Shown here: piece after piece, positions 19,388 through 29,245 of the stretch
Layout: each line of letters begins with the position of its first letter
Numbering within the stretch: position 1 is the stretch's first letter
DNA from: Patescibacteria group bacterium
Lineage (GTDB): Bacteria; Patescibacteriota; Microgenomatia; UBA12405
Length of the DNA: 64,000 bases
Assembly (NCBI GenBank): GCA_018902845.1
Contig: JAHIPV010000001.1
Coordinates: 12,124 to 76,123, forward strand
Direction of reading: 5' to 3'
Notes under the pieces: model-generated
Databases searched by the model: none
Told to the model about the DNA's origin: nothing
What the model saw: only the letters and a program-made list of their open reading frames with translations
Position numbers and translations under genes: made by a program

Positions 19388-20695
19388 GTGAACCAACTAA
19401 ATGTTAGTCTATGGGGAGATGAAGCTTGGGCCGCCACCTTAATCAACAAAACTCCACTCAATATTATCAAATTTGTTTCTCACGATACTTCTCCTCCTTT
19501 TTATTACCTTTTCACTCATTTTTGGACACGAATTTTTGGCATGAGCGAAATCGGCCTAAGAACCTCAAGTCTCTTTTTTTGGTTTCTTACCGCTGTTTTT
19601 ACTGCTCTGATTGCTCATCAACTTTGGAAAAATAAAAAAACAACCTTTTTAGCTTTTTTGTTGGTTTTACTTAATCCCTTTCTTTTTCAATATGCCTTTG
19701 AGGCTAGAATGTATGCAATTTTAGCCTTAATGTCTACAATGGCTACCTATTTTTTTGTAGCCAAAAAATGGCCTGCTTATGTTATTTCGGCCACTGTGTC
19801 GCTTTATTGTCATCATTTTTCCTTGTTTATCATTTTTATACATTTTCTTTGGACAATTCTGGAATTTATCAAAAAACCCCAAAAACAGAACTTTTGGAAA
19901 AAAATCAGGCCTTTTATATTTATAGGATTCCTTTATCTTCCTTGGATTCCGGCTATGTATAAACAAACAAAGATGGTAACCGATAAGGGTTTTTGGTTGG
20001 GCAAGCCTGTACCAAAAGATTTAATTGAGCTCATCTTGAAATTTATTAAAGGTTTAAACAAGCACGTCTATCAAAAATATTTAGTAATAATAGCTGTTTT
20101 TATACTCTTGCTAAGAAAGTGGAAACTAAAAGATTCAAAAACTAATTTTCTGCTCCTTTCCTTATTTCTTCCGATTTTTATTGTTTACATAATCAGTCAT
20201 GTTGCTCAGTCGATTTTTTACGACCGTTACATGATTAATTTAATTCCGGTTTTTGTTTTAATCTTGGTCAGCAACAGAAGAAAAACTTTTTCTTTTCCCT
20301 TTTTTTTAGTTTTTATTTTCTTTCTCCTTAGGCTTAATTTTTGGTTTTTTACTAATCCCGATAAAAGACCGTTTAAACAACTTGCGTCTTACGTCAAGCA
20401 AACTCGCCAGCAGGGAGATACTCTTATTAACTGGAGCGGTAAGGCACATCACCTTTTCGAAAGCAAATATTATGGTGTTTATGCCCCAATCTATACTCCC
20501 GATGGCCCTCTGCCTTTTTATACCGGTACTGCCCTTATGGAAAGCTTTGATCAAATTGAAGAATTGCCCGACTCCGAAAGAATTGGTGTCATGACTAGTG
20601 AGCCGATAGAAACAATAAATCTTGAGTCGTATATTAAGACAGACCGGCAACAATTTGGTTCCTTATCATTTTCTTGGTGGGAAAGGAAAAAATGA
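19388..20695 (+). CDS. Glycosyltransferase family 39 / PMT_2 (ArnT-like) membrane protein
   Basis: N-terminal LWGDEAW...FYYLFTHFW pattern of PMT_2/ArnT-type GT-C enzymes. Polytopic. Confidence 0.6.
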   Translation: MNQLNVSLWGDEAWAATLINKTPLNIIKFVSHDTSPPFYYLFTHFWTRIFGMSEIGLRTSSLFFWFLTAVFTALIAHQLWKNKKTTFLAFLLVLLNPFLFQYAFEARMYAILALMSTMATYFFVAKKWPAYVISATVSLYCHHFSLFIIFIHFLWTILEFIKKPQKQNFWKKIRPFIFIGFLYLPWIPAMYKQTKMVTDKGFWLGKPVPKDLIELILKFIKGLNKHVYQKYLVIIAVFILLLRKWKLKDSKTNFLLLSLFLPIFIVYIISHVAQSIFYDRYMINLIPVFVLILVSNRRKTFSFPFFLVFIFFLLRLNFWFFTNPDKRPFKQLASYVKQTRQQGDTLINWSGKAHHLFESKYYGVYAPIYTPDGPLPFYTGTALMESFDQIEELPDSERIGVMTSEPIETINLESYIKTDRQQFGSLSFSWWERKK

Positions 20696-22161
20696 TAAAA
20701 AATAATTTTATTTTTAAATTTTTTTGCAAAAACAAATTCTTACTTTGTATTTTGCTTTTAAATCTCATCTTAAGAATCCCTTCATTTTTTGAACCCAATC
20801 GCTATGCTGATGAGGACATATATTTAAGCCTAGGGCAAAGCTTAAGAAAAGGACAAGTCTTTTACCGCGATATTCACGACAACAAACCCCCGCTTTTATA
20901 TGTCATCGCCGCCATGGCTGGATCTGTCTCGGCTTTTAGGTTTATTCTCTTTCTTTGGCATTCAGTTAACATTTATTTCTTTTGGCTTTTGGCCAAAAAA
21001 TTATTCAGTTCATCTTTCTTTTATAATTTTTCTACTTTATTTTTTACCGTTCTTTCAACCATTCCGATGATGGAGGGTAACATAGCCAATGGTGAAATTT
21101 TTATGATCATGCCAGCTACTATAGCGGTCTTTCTCATTTTTACCAAACAAAAAAACTTTGCCTTGGCTGGTCTTCTTTTTGCCATTGCTTTTCTTTTAAA
21201 AATTCCAATTATTTTTGATTTTTTTGCCATCTTTCTTTTTTTTCTAGTTTTTAAACCAAAAAACATAAAAACCTCGATACAAACCCTTTTTTCACCAAAA
21301 ATAATTTTCATGCTTTTAGCATTCGCATTTCCCATAGTTTTGAGTATTGTTTATTACTATCTCCTTGGGGCAGGTGAGCCTTATGTAAAAGCCGCTTTGA
21401 TGCAAAACGTTGGTTATTTATCTTCTTGGGAGGGGGGTGTCTCTAGGCCGATTTATCAATCTGGGCTCTTTCAAAGGTTAGTTATTTTTATCGTTTCTAT
21501 TGTTCTTCTTTTTAGTTTCAAAAAAAGACTTAACCAAAAATTCCTTCCAATATCATTGTGGTTTCTTGGCGCTCTTTTTGGTTCTTTTCTGTCTGGCCGG
21601 CCTTATCCTCACTATCTTATAGAAGTTTTGCCACCCTTTTGTCTTCTATTTTTCTTCTTATTGTCGGCAAAAAGCAAGATAACTGACAGGTTGATAATTG
21701 TCTTTTTATTTTCACTTATGGCCCTTGGTATTCACCAATACAAGTTTTGGAATTATCAAAACTGGCCATATTACAAAAATTTTATTCAATATGTCTTAAA
21801 GACCAAAAACAAACAAGAATATTGGAACTTTTGGGGTGATTATGTCACCAATAATTTCCAGACAGCTCAATACATCAAAAAAAATACCAGTAAAAACGAC
21901 AAAATTTTTGTTTGGGGAACAGAGCCTTCCATTTATGTTATGTCGCAAAAATCTCCGGTTGGTAGATATACCGTTGCATACCACGTAGCTGATTTTAATG
22001 GTTTTGATGAAACAATACGAAAAATAAAAATCAGTTTGCCTAAATTTATTGTTTACTGTCAAAACAACAAAATTCCCTTCCCTCAGCTGGACTCTGTTCT
22101 GTCGGACTATTATTATCTAAATCAAATTTTTGGAAATAATCTAGTTTTTAGGTTAAGATAA
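20674..22161 (+). CDS. GT-C fold glycosyltransferase (GT39/PMT-like), second copy
   Basis: N-terminal loop NRYADEDIYLSLGQSL (DE motif) followed by >10 TM helices. Confidence 0.5.
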   Translation: MVGKEKMIKNNFIFKFFCKNKFLLCILLLNLILRIPSFFEPNRYADEDIYLSLGQSLRKGQVFYRDIHDNKPPLLYVIAAMAGSVSAFRFILFLWHSVNIYFFWLLAKKLFSSSFFYNFSTLFFTVLSTIPMMEGNIANGEIFMIMPATIAVFLIFTKQKNFALAGLLFAIAFLLKIPIIFDFFAIFLFFLVFKPKNIKTSIQTLFSPKIIFMLLAFAFPIVLSIVYYYLLGAGEPYVKAALMQNVGYLSSWEGGVSRPIYQSGLFQRLVIFIVSIVLLFSFKKRLNQKFLPISLWFLGALFGSFLSGRPYPHYLIEVLPPFCLLFFFLLSAKSKITDRLIIVFLFSLMALGIHQYKFWNYQNWPYYKNFIQYVLKTKNKQEYWNFWGDYVTNNFQTAQYIKKNTSKNDKIFVWGTEPSIYVMSQKSPVGRYTVAYHVADFNGFDETIRKIKISLPKFIVYCQNNKIPFPQLDSVLSDYYYLNQIFGNNLVFRLR

Positions 22162-22167
22162 CTTTCA

Positions 22168-22551
22168 GTGCCTCTATCAAGACAGATAATAATAAGCTCT
22201 ATCTCACGCTTTGGTGCCTATTGGCAAAAAAAAAGCAACCGTCAAATTTTAAGATGGAACATTTTACTAATACTAGTACAATTTATTTTGTTGATTTATC
22301 GGTTTAACAGTCTTCCTCCGCAAGTTCCCTTTTTTTATAGTCTTCCTTGGGGTTCAGCTCAGTTAACTTCTGCTTCTTATCTTTTTCTTCTGCCTGTTTT
22401 TTCTTTCCTTGTTCTTTTGCTAAATAGTTTTTTGGCTACAGTTTTTGATTCTGGTTCCGTATTGCTTTCATATTTGCTAAATATTTCTTCTCTTCTTTTT
22501 TCATTGTTTGCTTTAACTACCTTGTCAAAAATTATTCTTCTTATTTCTTGA
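22168..22551 (+). CDS. Small hypothetical membrane protein
   Basis: 127 aa with 3-4 TM segments, located between the GT39 and WecA-like genes. Confidence 0.3.
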   Translation: MPLSRQIIISSISRFGAYWQKKSNRQILRWNILLILVQFILLIYRFNSLPPQVPFFYSLPWGSAQLTSASYLFLLPVFSFLVLLLNSFLATVFDSGSVLLSYLLNISSLLFSLFALTTLSKIILLIS

Positions 22552-22561
22552 TATTACAAAA

Positions 22562-23653
22562 ATGCTTTTAAATTTTTTACTCTCAATTATAGTTTCCTTT
22601 TTTATAAGTTTTATCATTACTCCCTTGGTAAAAAATTTTTTTATCAAAAAAGCCTGGGTCGAAGATATTGTTGCCAAACAAAAAAAAACACATAACGTAA
22701 CTTCTCTTGTTCCAATTCCTCGCGGTGGAGGTATCCCGATTTTTATTGCCGTTGCACTAACGACACTTTTTTTTCTCACCATAGACAAACATCTTGTTGG
22801 TATTCTCTTGGCTGCTTTTTTCGCCCTAGTTATTGGTCTTTGGGATGATATAAAAGACATTAGCCCTCGTTTTCGTCTCCTCACTAACATTATTACAGCC
22901 TTAATCGTTATTTTTTCGGGTATTGGTATTAGTTTTTTATCTAATCCTTTTGGTGGAATAATTGACTTGTCACATTTTCAAATAAACTTTACTTTTTTCG
23001 GATCTCATTCAATTTGGATATTTTCGGATCTTCTAGCTCTTGTTTGGATTGTTTCTTGTATGAACATAGTTGGCTGGTCGGCCGGAATAGAGGGGCAACT
23101 TCCCGGTTTTGTGTCTATTTCTGCCATTTTTATAAGCGTCTTAGCCCTAAAACATTCGGCAGATATTACCCAGTGGCCTGTTATTATTTTAGCCGGTGCC
23201 ATAACCGGTGCCTATCTTGGTTTTCTACCCTTTAATTTTTTTCCTCAAAAAATTCAACCGGGCTATAGTGGAAAAAGTCTTGCCGGCTTTTTTTTAGCTA
23301 TTCTAGCCATCCTTTCCGGAGCCAAGCTTGCCACCGTTATCTTTCTTTTGGGAGTACCCATCTTAGACGCAGTCTTTACCATTATCAGAAGAATCTTAAA
23401 CAAAAAATCTCTACTCTTGTCAGACGGTCAGCATCTTCATCATCAATTGCTCAAACTCGGTTGGTCTCGCAAAAAAATAGCCATAACCTATTGGTTTTTT
23501 TCTTTACTCTTGGGGTCTATTACCCTTTTTCTTAATAGCCGTCAAAAATTCTATGTTTTCATCGGATTGTCATTGATATTTTTCTTTTTTCTCACTCAAA
23601 TTTATCAACATACATCTCCGAAACCCAACCGGTCTCATCGTCATCAAGTTTAA
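22562..23653 (+). CDS. Polyprenyl-phosphate N-acetylhexosamine-1-phosphate transferase (WecA/MraY family, GT4)
   Basis: Polytopic protein with GLWDDIKDISPRFRL (DDxxD motif) and the WecA/MraY family topology. Confidence 0.7.
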   Translation: MLLNFLLSIIVSFFISFIITPLVKNFFIKKAWVEDIVAKQKKTHNVTSLVPIPRGGGIPIFIAVALTTLFFLTIDKHLVGILLAAFFALVIGLWDDIKDISPRFRLLTNIITALIVIFSGIGISFLSNPFGGIIDLSHFQINFTFFGSHSIWIFSDLLALVWIVSCMNIVGWSAGIEGQLPGFVSISAIFISVLALKHSADITQWPVIILAGAITGAYLGFLPFNFFPQKIQPGYSGKSLAGFFLAILAILSGAKLATVIFLLGVPILDAVFTIIRRILNKKSLLLSDGQHLHHQLLKLGWSRKKIAITYWFFSLLLGSITLFLNSRQKFYVFIGLSLIFFFFLTQIYQHTSPKPNRSHRHQV

Positions 23654-24437
23654 TTTCACACCAACCGGCTTCTTCACTTACTAGTTTGTATTCTTCACCC
23701 GGATTAGCTTTTTTAATTTCTTCAAAATCACTTCCGGCTCCTTTTCTGACTCGTAACCAGCCTGTTTCAGTTTCTTTTATTTTTACATAAGGTCTGGCGG
23801 ATTCTGTTGATTCAGTTGTTTTTTCCATCACTAATTCTTTTTCAATTTCTAGTTCTATGTCATCGGTAATTTCACTTTTAGCCAATTTTGCATCTACTAC
23901 TAATTGAAAACCGTCGGTAAATTTAACAAATAAACTTTTGTTTTTATAGGCAGGAAAAGATAAATCAATTTGTTTATCTCCGCTTTCTATTCTTTGTATT
24001 TGTGTCGGAGAAAACCCCTTTACTTCTCCGTCAATCTTAATAGCAGAATCGGCCGGATCTACATTTACAATCAACGAAGATTCCTCTTTATTTCCCGCTT
24101 CTTCCATAAACAAAACGTAACCGGAAGACTCATCTTCTTTTTCACCGAATTCCCAGTCGACCACTGTTGTACTAAGATTGTGCAAGCTTACTTTTCTTGA
24201 CCATTCTTTGAGTTTTTCGTCTTCGGGAACCAGCTTAAGAGATATTTCTCCGGGTTTTAGTGAGTTGTTTTTATAGGGAGTCATACCGGCTTCCCTGTTA
24301 TCAATAAAAACCCTTACACTAGGATAAGTTACTATCTCAATCGCTGCCTTTTGCGGTTTTAAATTGCATCCTCCCATCATTACGGCAAACAAAATCAATA
24401 CCAATATTCTCTTAATCATTTCCTTAATTATATACAA
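23592..24437 (-). CDS. Lipoprotein with PEGA-like and C-terminal SH3b domains
   Basis: Lipobox LFAVMMGGC. C-terminal GWLRVRKGAGSDFEEI...GWCEIKLDD.TGWVSEMYV bacterial SH3 pattern. Confidence 0.5.
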   Translation of the reverse strand: MYIIKEMIKRILVLILFAVMMGGCNLKPQKAAIEIVTYPSVRVFIDNREAGMTPYKNNSLKPGEISLKLVPEDEKLKEWSRKVSLHNLSTTVVDWEFGEKEDESSGYVLFMEEAGNKEESSLIVNVDPADSAIKIDGEVKGFSPTQIQRIESGDKQIDLSFPAYKNKSLFVKFTDGFQLVVDAKLAKSEITDDIELEIEKELVMEKTTESTESARPYVKIKETETGWLRVRKGAGSDFEEIKKANPGEEYKLVSEEAGWCEIKLDDDETGWVSEMYVDKFE

Positions 24438-24448
24438 TCCATTCTTTA

Positions 24449-25018
24449 CTAAACCTTCTTCAACACATCCAGTACTTTTTTTGGACTATCGGCAATTTCG
24501 TAAACCATCTTTTCTTTGCTGGTAATCACCAGTTTTTCGACAATACTATTAATTATTTTTCTCCAGAAATTTCCATAAAAAACTATCGGTTCGTGGTAAC
24601 CATAATTCAATTTGGCCAGCCCCCACACCATTCCCAGCTCAGAAATAGTGCCGGTTCCACCTTTAAAAATCACATAAGCATCTGCAATATCAATCAATTT
24701 TTCTACTCTGTCCTCATAGCTTTTTTCTACGTATTTTTTATCCGATAGGGAAGTGTTGTCTATCAATTCTCCCTCAAACTCTGTTGTTGTTTTCTTTTTT
24801 TCCCAAATCACTGTTTCTACTTTACCTCCCGCGCTTTTAGCCCCTAGTGTGCTAGCCAGCATCACTCCGGGCCCGCCACCATTAACAATTATGTAACCAT
24901 TTTCTGCCAATAATAGTGCTACCTCAAAGGCATCTTTAAAATGCCTGCTTTTTTTTCCGGCCTCTGCATCTCCAAAAAAAGCCACCCTTTTTATTTTTTT
25001 TGTCGTTTTCCCAATCAT
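24449..25018 (-). CDS. LOG-family protein (TIGR00730 Rossmann-fold, cytokinin riboside 5'-monophosphate phosphoribohydrolase-like)
   Basis: IVNGGGPGVM and KGGTGTISELG motifs. Confidence 0.7.
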   Translation of the reverse strand: MIGKTTKKIKRVAFFGDAEAGKKSRHFKDAFEVALLLAENGYIIVNGGGPGVMLASTLGAKSAGGKVETVIWEKKKTTTEFEGELIDNTSLSDKKYVEKSYEDRVEKLIDIADAYVIFKGGTGTISELGMVWGLAKLNYGYHEPIVFYGNFWRKIINSIVEKLVITSKEKMVYEIADSPKKVLDVLKKV

Positions 25019-25719
25019 TTTATTAATTCTTCAAAATATTTTCCACTATAAACAATATCCACTCCGGCTTCCTCTAGTAATTTTATATTATCAGTATTCA
25101 CTCCGCCATCAACAGCAATTTTAAATCTTATTTTTTCGTCATCCCGAATTTGTTTCAATAACTTTATCTTCCCCAAAACTTTTTCATTAAACTCATATTC
25201 TCCGAATCCTGCCTTTCTTCCCATTAACAAAACCACATCAGTTTCTGTTGGTATGTCTCTGTCAATTTTGGTATCAATATCATAAGCCAAGCCAGCTTCC
25301 ATTTCTCCATCCTTAACCATTTTTACAAACTCTTCTCTGTCACTCATCATTTCCACCTGTCCGATAATGCGCGATGCATTTACAAATTTGCATTTGTTAA
25401 TCCACCTGGCGGGCTGATTAACAAGCAAATGGATATCCAGTAAATTTTCCTTGATATCTACATCCATTCTTTTTACCAGTTCCAATTCAAAGCTTTTACC
25501 ATAAACAAACTTTCCGTCAATCACATCAATCTGAATCCAGCTAGTCAAATCCTTGACTGTCTCTAATCTTTCTTCTGCCTTTTCAAAGCTCTTTTCAAGT
25601 ATCGTTGGTATTATCTGTATTTTTTTTAAACCATATTTTTCTGCCAATAATATCCCTGCTTTTTCTCTTACAACCTCAATGGGTACATATTTTACTTTCC
25701 CTGTTTTTCCATTTTTCAT
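25015..25719 (-). CDS. rpe: Ribulose-phosphate 3-epimerase
   Basis: IIPTILEKSF...IQIDVIDGKFV and the C-terminal VDGGVN...AGVDIVYSG pattern of Rpe. Confidence 0.8.
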   Translation of the reverse strand: MKNGKTGKVKYVPIEVVREKAGILLAEKYGLKKIQIIPTILEKSFEKAEERLETVKDLTSWIQIDVIDGKFVYGKSFELELVKRMDVDIKENLLDIHLLVNQPARWINKCKFVNASRIIGQVEMMSDREEFVKMVKDGEMEAGLAYDIDTKIDRDIPTETDVVLLMGRKAGFGEYEFNEKVLGKIKLLKQIRDDEKIRFKIAVDGGVNTDNIKLLEEAGVDIVYSGKYFEELIK

Positions 25720-25823
25720 TTTTTCAACTTTCTTTTTATTTACAAATCTTATTTTTCAATTTGTTTATAATTTGCAATATTGGTTATGTTTATTGAAAAT
25801 TGAATTTTGAAAATTAATCTTGC

Positions 25824-26867
25824 TTATTGGCTATTATTACCTATATACATTGCCATTTCGATCAGTCTACAGGCATATCCATATTCATTGTCGTACCAAG
25901 CTCCAATTGAAACCATATCGTCGCTAACAACTTTTGTCATCCGGCTATCGATAATGCAGGAAGCAGAGTTACCAATAATATCACTGGAAACCAAAGATTC
26001 ATAAGAAACCCGCAACTTTCCCACCAATTCACTTGATACAGCCGCTTCTTCAAAAATCTGGTTTACCTCCTCAACAGTACTTTTTCGTACTAATTTAAAG
26101 GTCAAATCGGAGTAACTGCCACATATCACCGGCACTCTAATGGCAGTTCCGGCAAACCGACCAGAAGCTTCTGGATAAACACCAATAACTGATTTAGCCG
26201 CACCTGTAGTAGTCGGTACTATATTAACTGCTCCGGCTCTGGCTCTTCTTAAATCAGAATGACTTCCATCTACTATGTTTTGGTCGGCGGTGTAAGCGTG
26301 GATTGTTGTCAATACTCCTTCCTGAAAACCAATTTTTTCATCTATTAATTTCACAATCGGGGCTACACAATTAGTGGTACAAGAACCATTAGAAATTAAT
26401 TTTTCCCCTTTGTAATTATTCTCGTTAACCCCCAACACAAACAGTGGTATTTTTGCATCTTTGGCTGGTGCGCTCAACACTACTTTTTTGGCTCCAGCCT
26501 TAACATGATCCAGTGCTTTTGCGTCTCTAAACACACCGGTACATTCCAATACCACGTCAACTCCGTACCTTTTCCAGGCAATATTTTTTGGCTCTCTTTC
26601 AGCCAAAACTGGATACTCCATCTCCCCAACCATCATCCTTCCAATTTCTCCAGCTCCACCGGCCTCCTTGGCCCCAACAGAATAGGGGATACGGCCGTAT
26701 ACTGAGTCATACTTAAACAGGTGGGCGATTCCGTTAATATCCATTTTTCCGCTGGTGTTTATCGCCACAACCTCAACGTCATATTTTTCCATTAACACCG
26801 ATCTCAAAACTACCGACCCAATTCTCCCAAATCCATTTATTCCGATTCTTAATTTTTTCTTATTCAT
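25824..26867 (-). CDS. gap: Glyceraldehyde-3-phosphate dehydrogenase, type I
   Basis: IGINGFGRIG NAD-binding motif and the SCTTNC active site. Confidence 0.9.
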   Translation of the reverse strand: MNKKKLRIGINGFGRIGSVVLRSVLMEKYDVEVVAINTSGKMDINGIAHLFKYDSVYGRIPYSVGAKEAGGAGEIGRMMVGEMEYPVLAEREPKNIAWKRYGVDVVLECTGVFRDAKALDHVKAGAKKVVLSAPAKDAKIPLFVLGVNENNYKGEKLISNGSCTTNCVAPIVKLIDEKIGFQEGVLTTIHAYTADQNIVDGSHSDLRRARAGAVNIVPTTTGAAKSVIGVYPEASGRFAGTAIRVPVICGSYSDLTFKLVRKSTVEEVNQIFEEAAVSSELVGKLRVSYESLVSSDIIGNSASCIIDSRMTKVVSDDMVSIGAWYDNEYGYACRLIEMAMYIGNNSQ

Positions 26868-26888
26868 AAATTAATAATAGACCATTAC

Positions 26889-27929
26889 TTATTCCCATGC
26901 TGGTAATGTTCTTTTTGTCAAAAACTCCAAAAGTACCCCGCCTCCCGAACAAACAAAATCCATATTTTCCACTAGTTCTAGCAAGGAAAGGGAAGATTCC
27001 GTGTCTCCTCCGCCGATTACTTTATAAGCAGAACTCTTTGCCATTGCCTCGGCAATTTCTTTTGTTCCCTTCCTGTTTTCTTCGTTTTCAAATTTTCCTA
27101 TTGCTCCCACCCATATTATTGTTCCAGCCGTACCAATCATTTCTTTGAATTTTTCAATCGTTTCATCGCTAATATCCATTCCGCTAATATCTAGTTTGCC
27201 TATCATTATTTTATCCATCTTGCCGGCAATTTCTTCTGTAAACATTTCATCAATAAAATTAGGTAATTTTCCTCCTATCAATACATTATCGGCAATATCA
27301 GTCAATTTTTCCAAATAATTTAATTTATCTTTTTTACTTCCCCCCAATATAATCAATACCGGCTTTGAAGGATTATCCAAAAGCGTCCTCATTTTTTCGA
27401 TTTCTTCAATAAAACTCAAACCATAATAGGTGTCCATACTCTTGTGAAGCATTACCGAAGCAGTTTTCCGATGTGCGGTTGCTATTGAATCATTGACAAA
27501 GGCCTGACAGATAAAACTTAGGCTGGATAAGAATTCAGGATCACAGTTATCTTCTCCGGGCCAAAATCTCAAATTTTCCAAAAAAACAATTTGATTATTT
27601 CTCAAAGCATCTTTAATTTTTTCACTGTCTGTTACATCATCAACAAACACGCTACTTATATCAAATTCTTCGTTTCCATTCCTTAACAAGGACATTAGCT
27701 CAGCGTAAACCGGTCTCAGGGATAAGTTTAAATCCATCCCTTGGGGGCGATCTCTATATCCCAATATGATCAATTTACAATTTTTGCTCAACAATAAATT
27801 TATGGTAGAAACCGATTTGACCAATCTACTATTATCAAGAATTTTTCCTTCTTCTATTGGCAAGTCACTATCAATTCTCAAAATAACGTTCAAATCTCGG
27901 TCAATTTTTTCAACTCCTCTCAAGTTCAT
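26889..27929 (-). CDS. pgk: Phosphoglycerate kinase
   Basis: N-terminal LNVILRIDSDLPIEEGKILDNSRL (the PGK VRVDFNVP..G.I.D..RI pattern) and C-terminal GGGDT...GGGVLLEF. Confidence 0.8.
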   Translation of the reverse strand: MNLRGVEKIDRDLNVILRIDSDLPIEEGKILDNSRLVKSVSTINLLLSKNCKLIILGYRDRPQGMDLNLSLRPVYAELMSLLRNGNEEFDISSVFVDDVTDSEKIKDALRNNQIVFLENLRFWPGEDNCDPEFLSSLSFICQAFVNDSIATAHRKTASVMLHKSMDTYYGLSFIEEIEKMRTLLDNPSKPVLIILGGSKKDKLNYLEKLTDIADNVLIGGKLPNFIDEMFTEEIAGKMDKIMIGKLDISGMDISDETIEKFKEMIGTAGTIIWVGAIGKFENEENRKGTKEIAEAMAKSSAYKVIGGGDTESSLSLLELVENMDFVCSGGGVLLEFLTKRTLPAWE

Positions 27930-28422
27930 ATTTTTTTATTTTTCCAATTCTTCTTATGTGTCGTTCACTGCTGGAAAAAACAGTGTTTAAAAACATTTTA
28001 ACAATTTTTTTATTCATTTTTTCGTCTACCGAATACGCCGACAGGCACAACACATTAGCATCCTCATCTTCACGCGATTTTCTTGCTTGTTTTTCAGTAG
28101 TACACAATGCCGCCCTTACCCCTTTTACTTTATTTGCTACGATGCTTACTCCAACCCCCGATCCGCACAACAAAATACCAATACCTTTTTCTATCACTAC
28201 TTTTCCAGCCACCTTTAGGGCAAAACCCACATAATCATCACCTTTGTCGTATTTATCATTTCCCAAATCCCTATACTCCACCTCCCATTCTTCTAACCAT
28301 TCCTTAATCACTTCTTTTAGTTTGTATCCTCTGTGATCCGCTCCTAAATAAATCATATCCACTATTATCTTATACAATAAGTCATCCATGAAGCAAATAA
28401 ACATAAATAACAAACCTTTCAC
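27910..28422 (-). CDS. rpiB: Ribose-5-phosphate isomerase B (RpiB/LacAB family)
   Basis: IYLGADHRGYKLK...GILLCGSGVGVSIVANKVKGVRAA...ANVLCL. True start probably the internal Met (MIYLGADH). Confidence 0.8.
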   Translation of the reverse strand: MKGLLFMFICFMDDLLYKIIVDMIYLGADHRGYKLKEVIKEWLEEWEVEYRDLGNDKYDKGDDYVGFALKVAGKVVIEKGIGILLCGSGVGVSIVANKVKGVRAALCTTEKQARKSREDEDANVLCLSAYSVDEKMNKKIVKMFLNTVFSSSERHIRRIGKIKKYELERS

Positions 28423-29245
28423 TTATCAAATCAAGCGCAAGTCGATTCATTCCATTCACCTCCATATTAAGGGCAAAAATTCTTTCTATATTTCTTGCCC
28501 ATACCTCACCCCCAATTTTGTCATAAATAGATTTATTATAAAAAATTCTACCTGGATATTAAAAAACTCAAAAAAAATCTTTAGCTGCCCTAAACTCTCG
28601 CAACTCAAAAATCTAGGTATTTTAGGCAAAAAATATAAAATAAATATCACTAAATCCCCCAAAAATAGTTTTAGTATTAATCACAATACCAGCGTCATTC
28701 AGGTAACTGCCAATACGCTTTATCAACACCATCTCAAAAAACTTTTTGAAAAAAATCTCCGCCCTCTGGCTCTAGATTTAATCAAAAAAGAAATTAATGC
28801 TGTCATTCCCAATTCTTTTGTAGGGGCGACCCTTGCGGTCGCCCGCAGACATGGCAACCTGTCCGCCGTCAAAGAATCCCCCGCCTGCAACGTTGTAGCA
28901 ACTGCGGGCAGGCGTCGGAAAAAACCTGTCATCCCGAGCGTAGTCGAGGGATCCCGTCGGAACTGTAAAAGCTCACTCCTTCGTCCCACCAAAATTTCCG
29001 TTCGTAATCAAAAAACTCGTTTTGGATCCTGTTCAGCCAAGGGCAGTCTTTCCTTCAATTGGCAAATAATTTTTTTTCCGTCCGACAAATTCCGCCACAT
29101 TGTTCTTCATGAACTGGTTCATCTAAAAATAAAAAATCATTCCAAAAATTACTGGCACGCTCTCTCCCTTCTGGATCCCAACTGCAAAATCAACAATAAA
29201 TGGCTAAAAACTCACGGCAACCACCACTTTCTCATCAAGCCCTAA
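28388..29245 (+). CDS. YgjP-like (DUF45/SprT-like) metal-dependent hydrolase with a ~55-aa in-frame repeat insertion
   Basis: RFGSCSAKGSLSFNW...HIVLHELVHLKIKNHSKNYW (the WGSCS / HEL.H..NHS motifs of the YgjP family). Central segment ...GATLAVARRHGNLSAVKESPACNVVATAGRRRKKPVIPSVVEGSRRNCKSS... is encoded by the GC-rich element at 28799-28972. Confidence 0.6.
   Translation: MKQININNKPFTYQIKRKSIHSIHLHIKGKNSFYISCPYLTPNFVINRFIIKNSTWILKNSKKIFSCPKLSQLKNLGILGKKYKINITKSPKNSFSINHNTSVIQVTANTLYQHHLKKLFEKNLRPLALDLIKKEINAVIPNSFVGATLAVARRHGNLSAVKESPACNVVATAGRRRKKPVIPSVVEGSRRNCKSSLLRPTKISVRNQKTRFGSCSAKGSLSFNWQIIFFPSDKFRHIVLHELVHLKIKNHSKNYWHALSLLDPNCKINNKWLKTHGNHHFLIKP
28799..28972. repeat. Composite GC-rich palindromic element (family A) inside a CDS, in-frame
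   Basis: Hairpins ggcgacccttgcggtcgcc and cgcctgcaacgttgtagcaactgcgggcaggcg, followed by the core cctgtcatcccgagcgtagtcgagggatcccgtcggaactgtaaaag. Confidence 0.75.

Noticed and set aside
28723-28992. 89-aa antisense ORF (LQFRRDPSTTLGMTGFFRRLPAVATT...)
   Set aside because: It is the reverse-strand reading of the GC-rich palindromic element inside the YgjP-like gene. Palindromic GC-rich DNA is open on both strands by composition alone.
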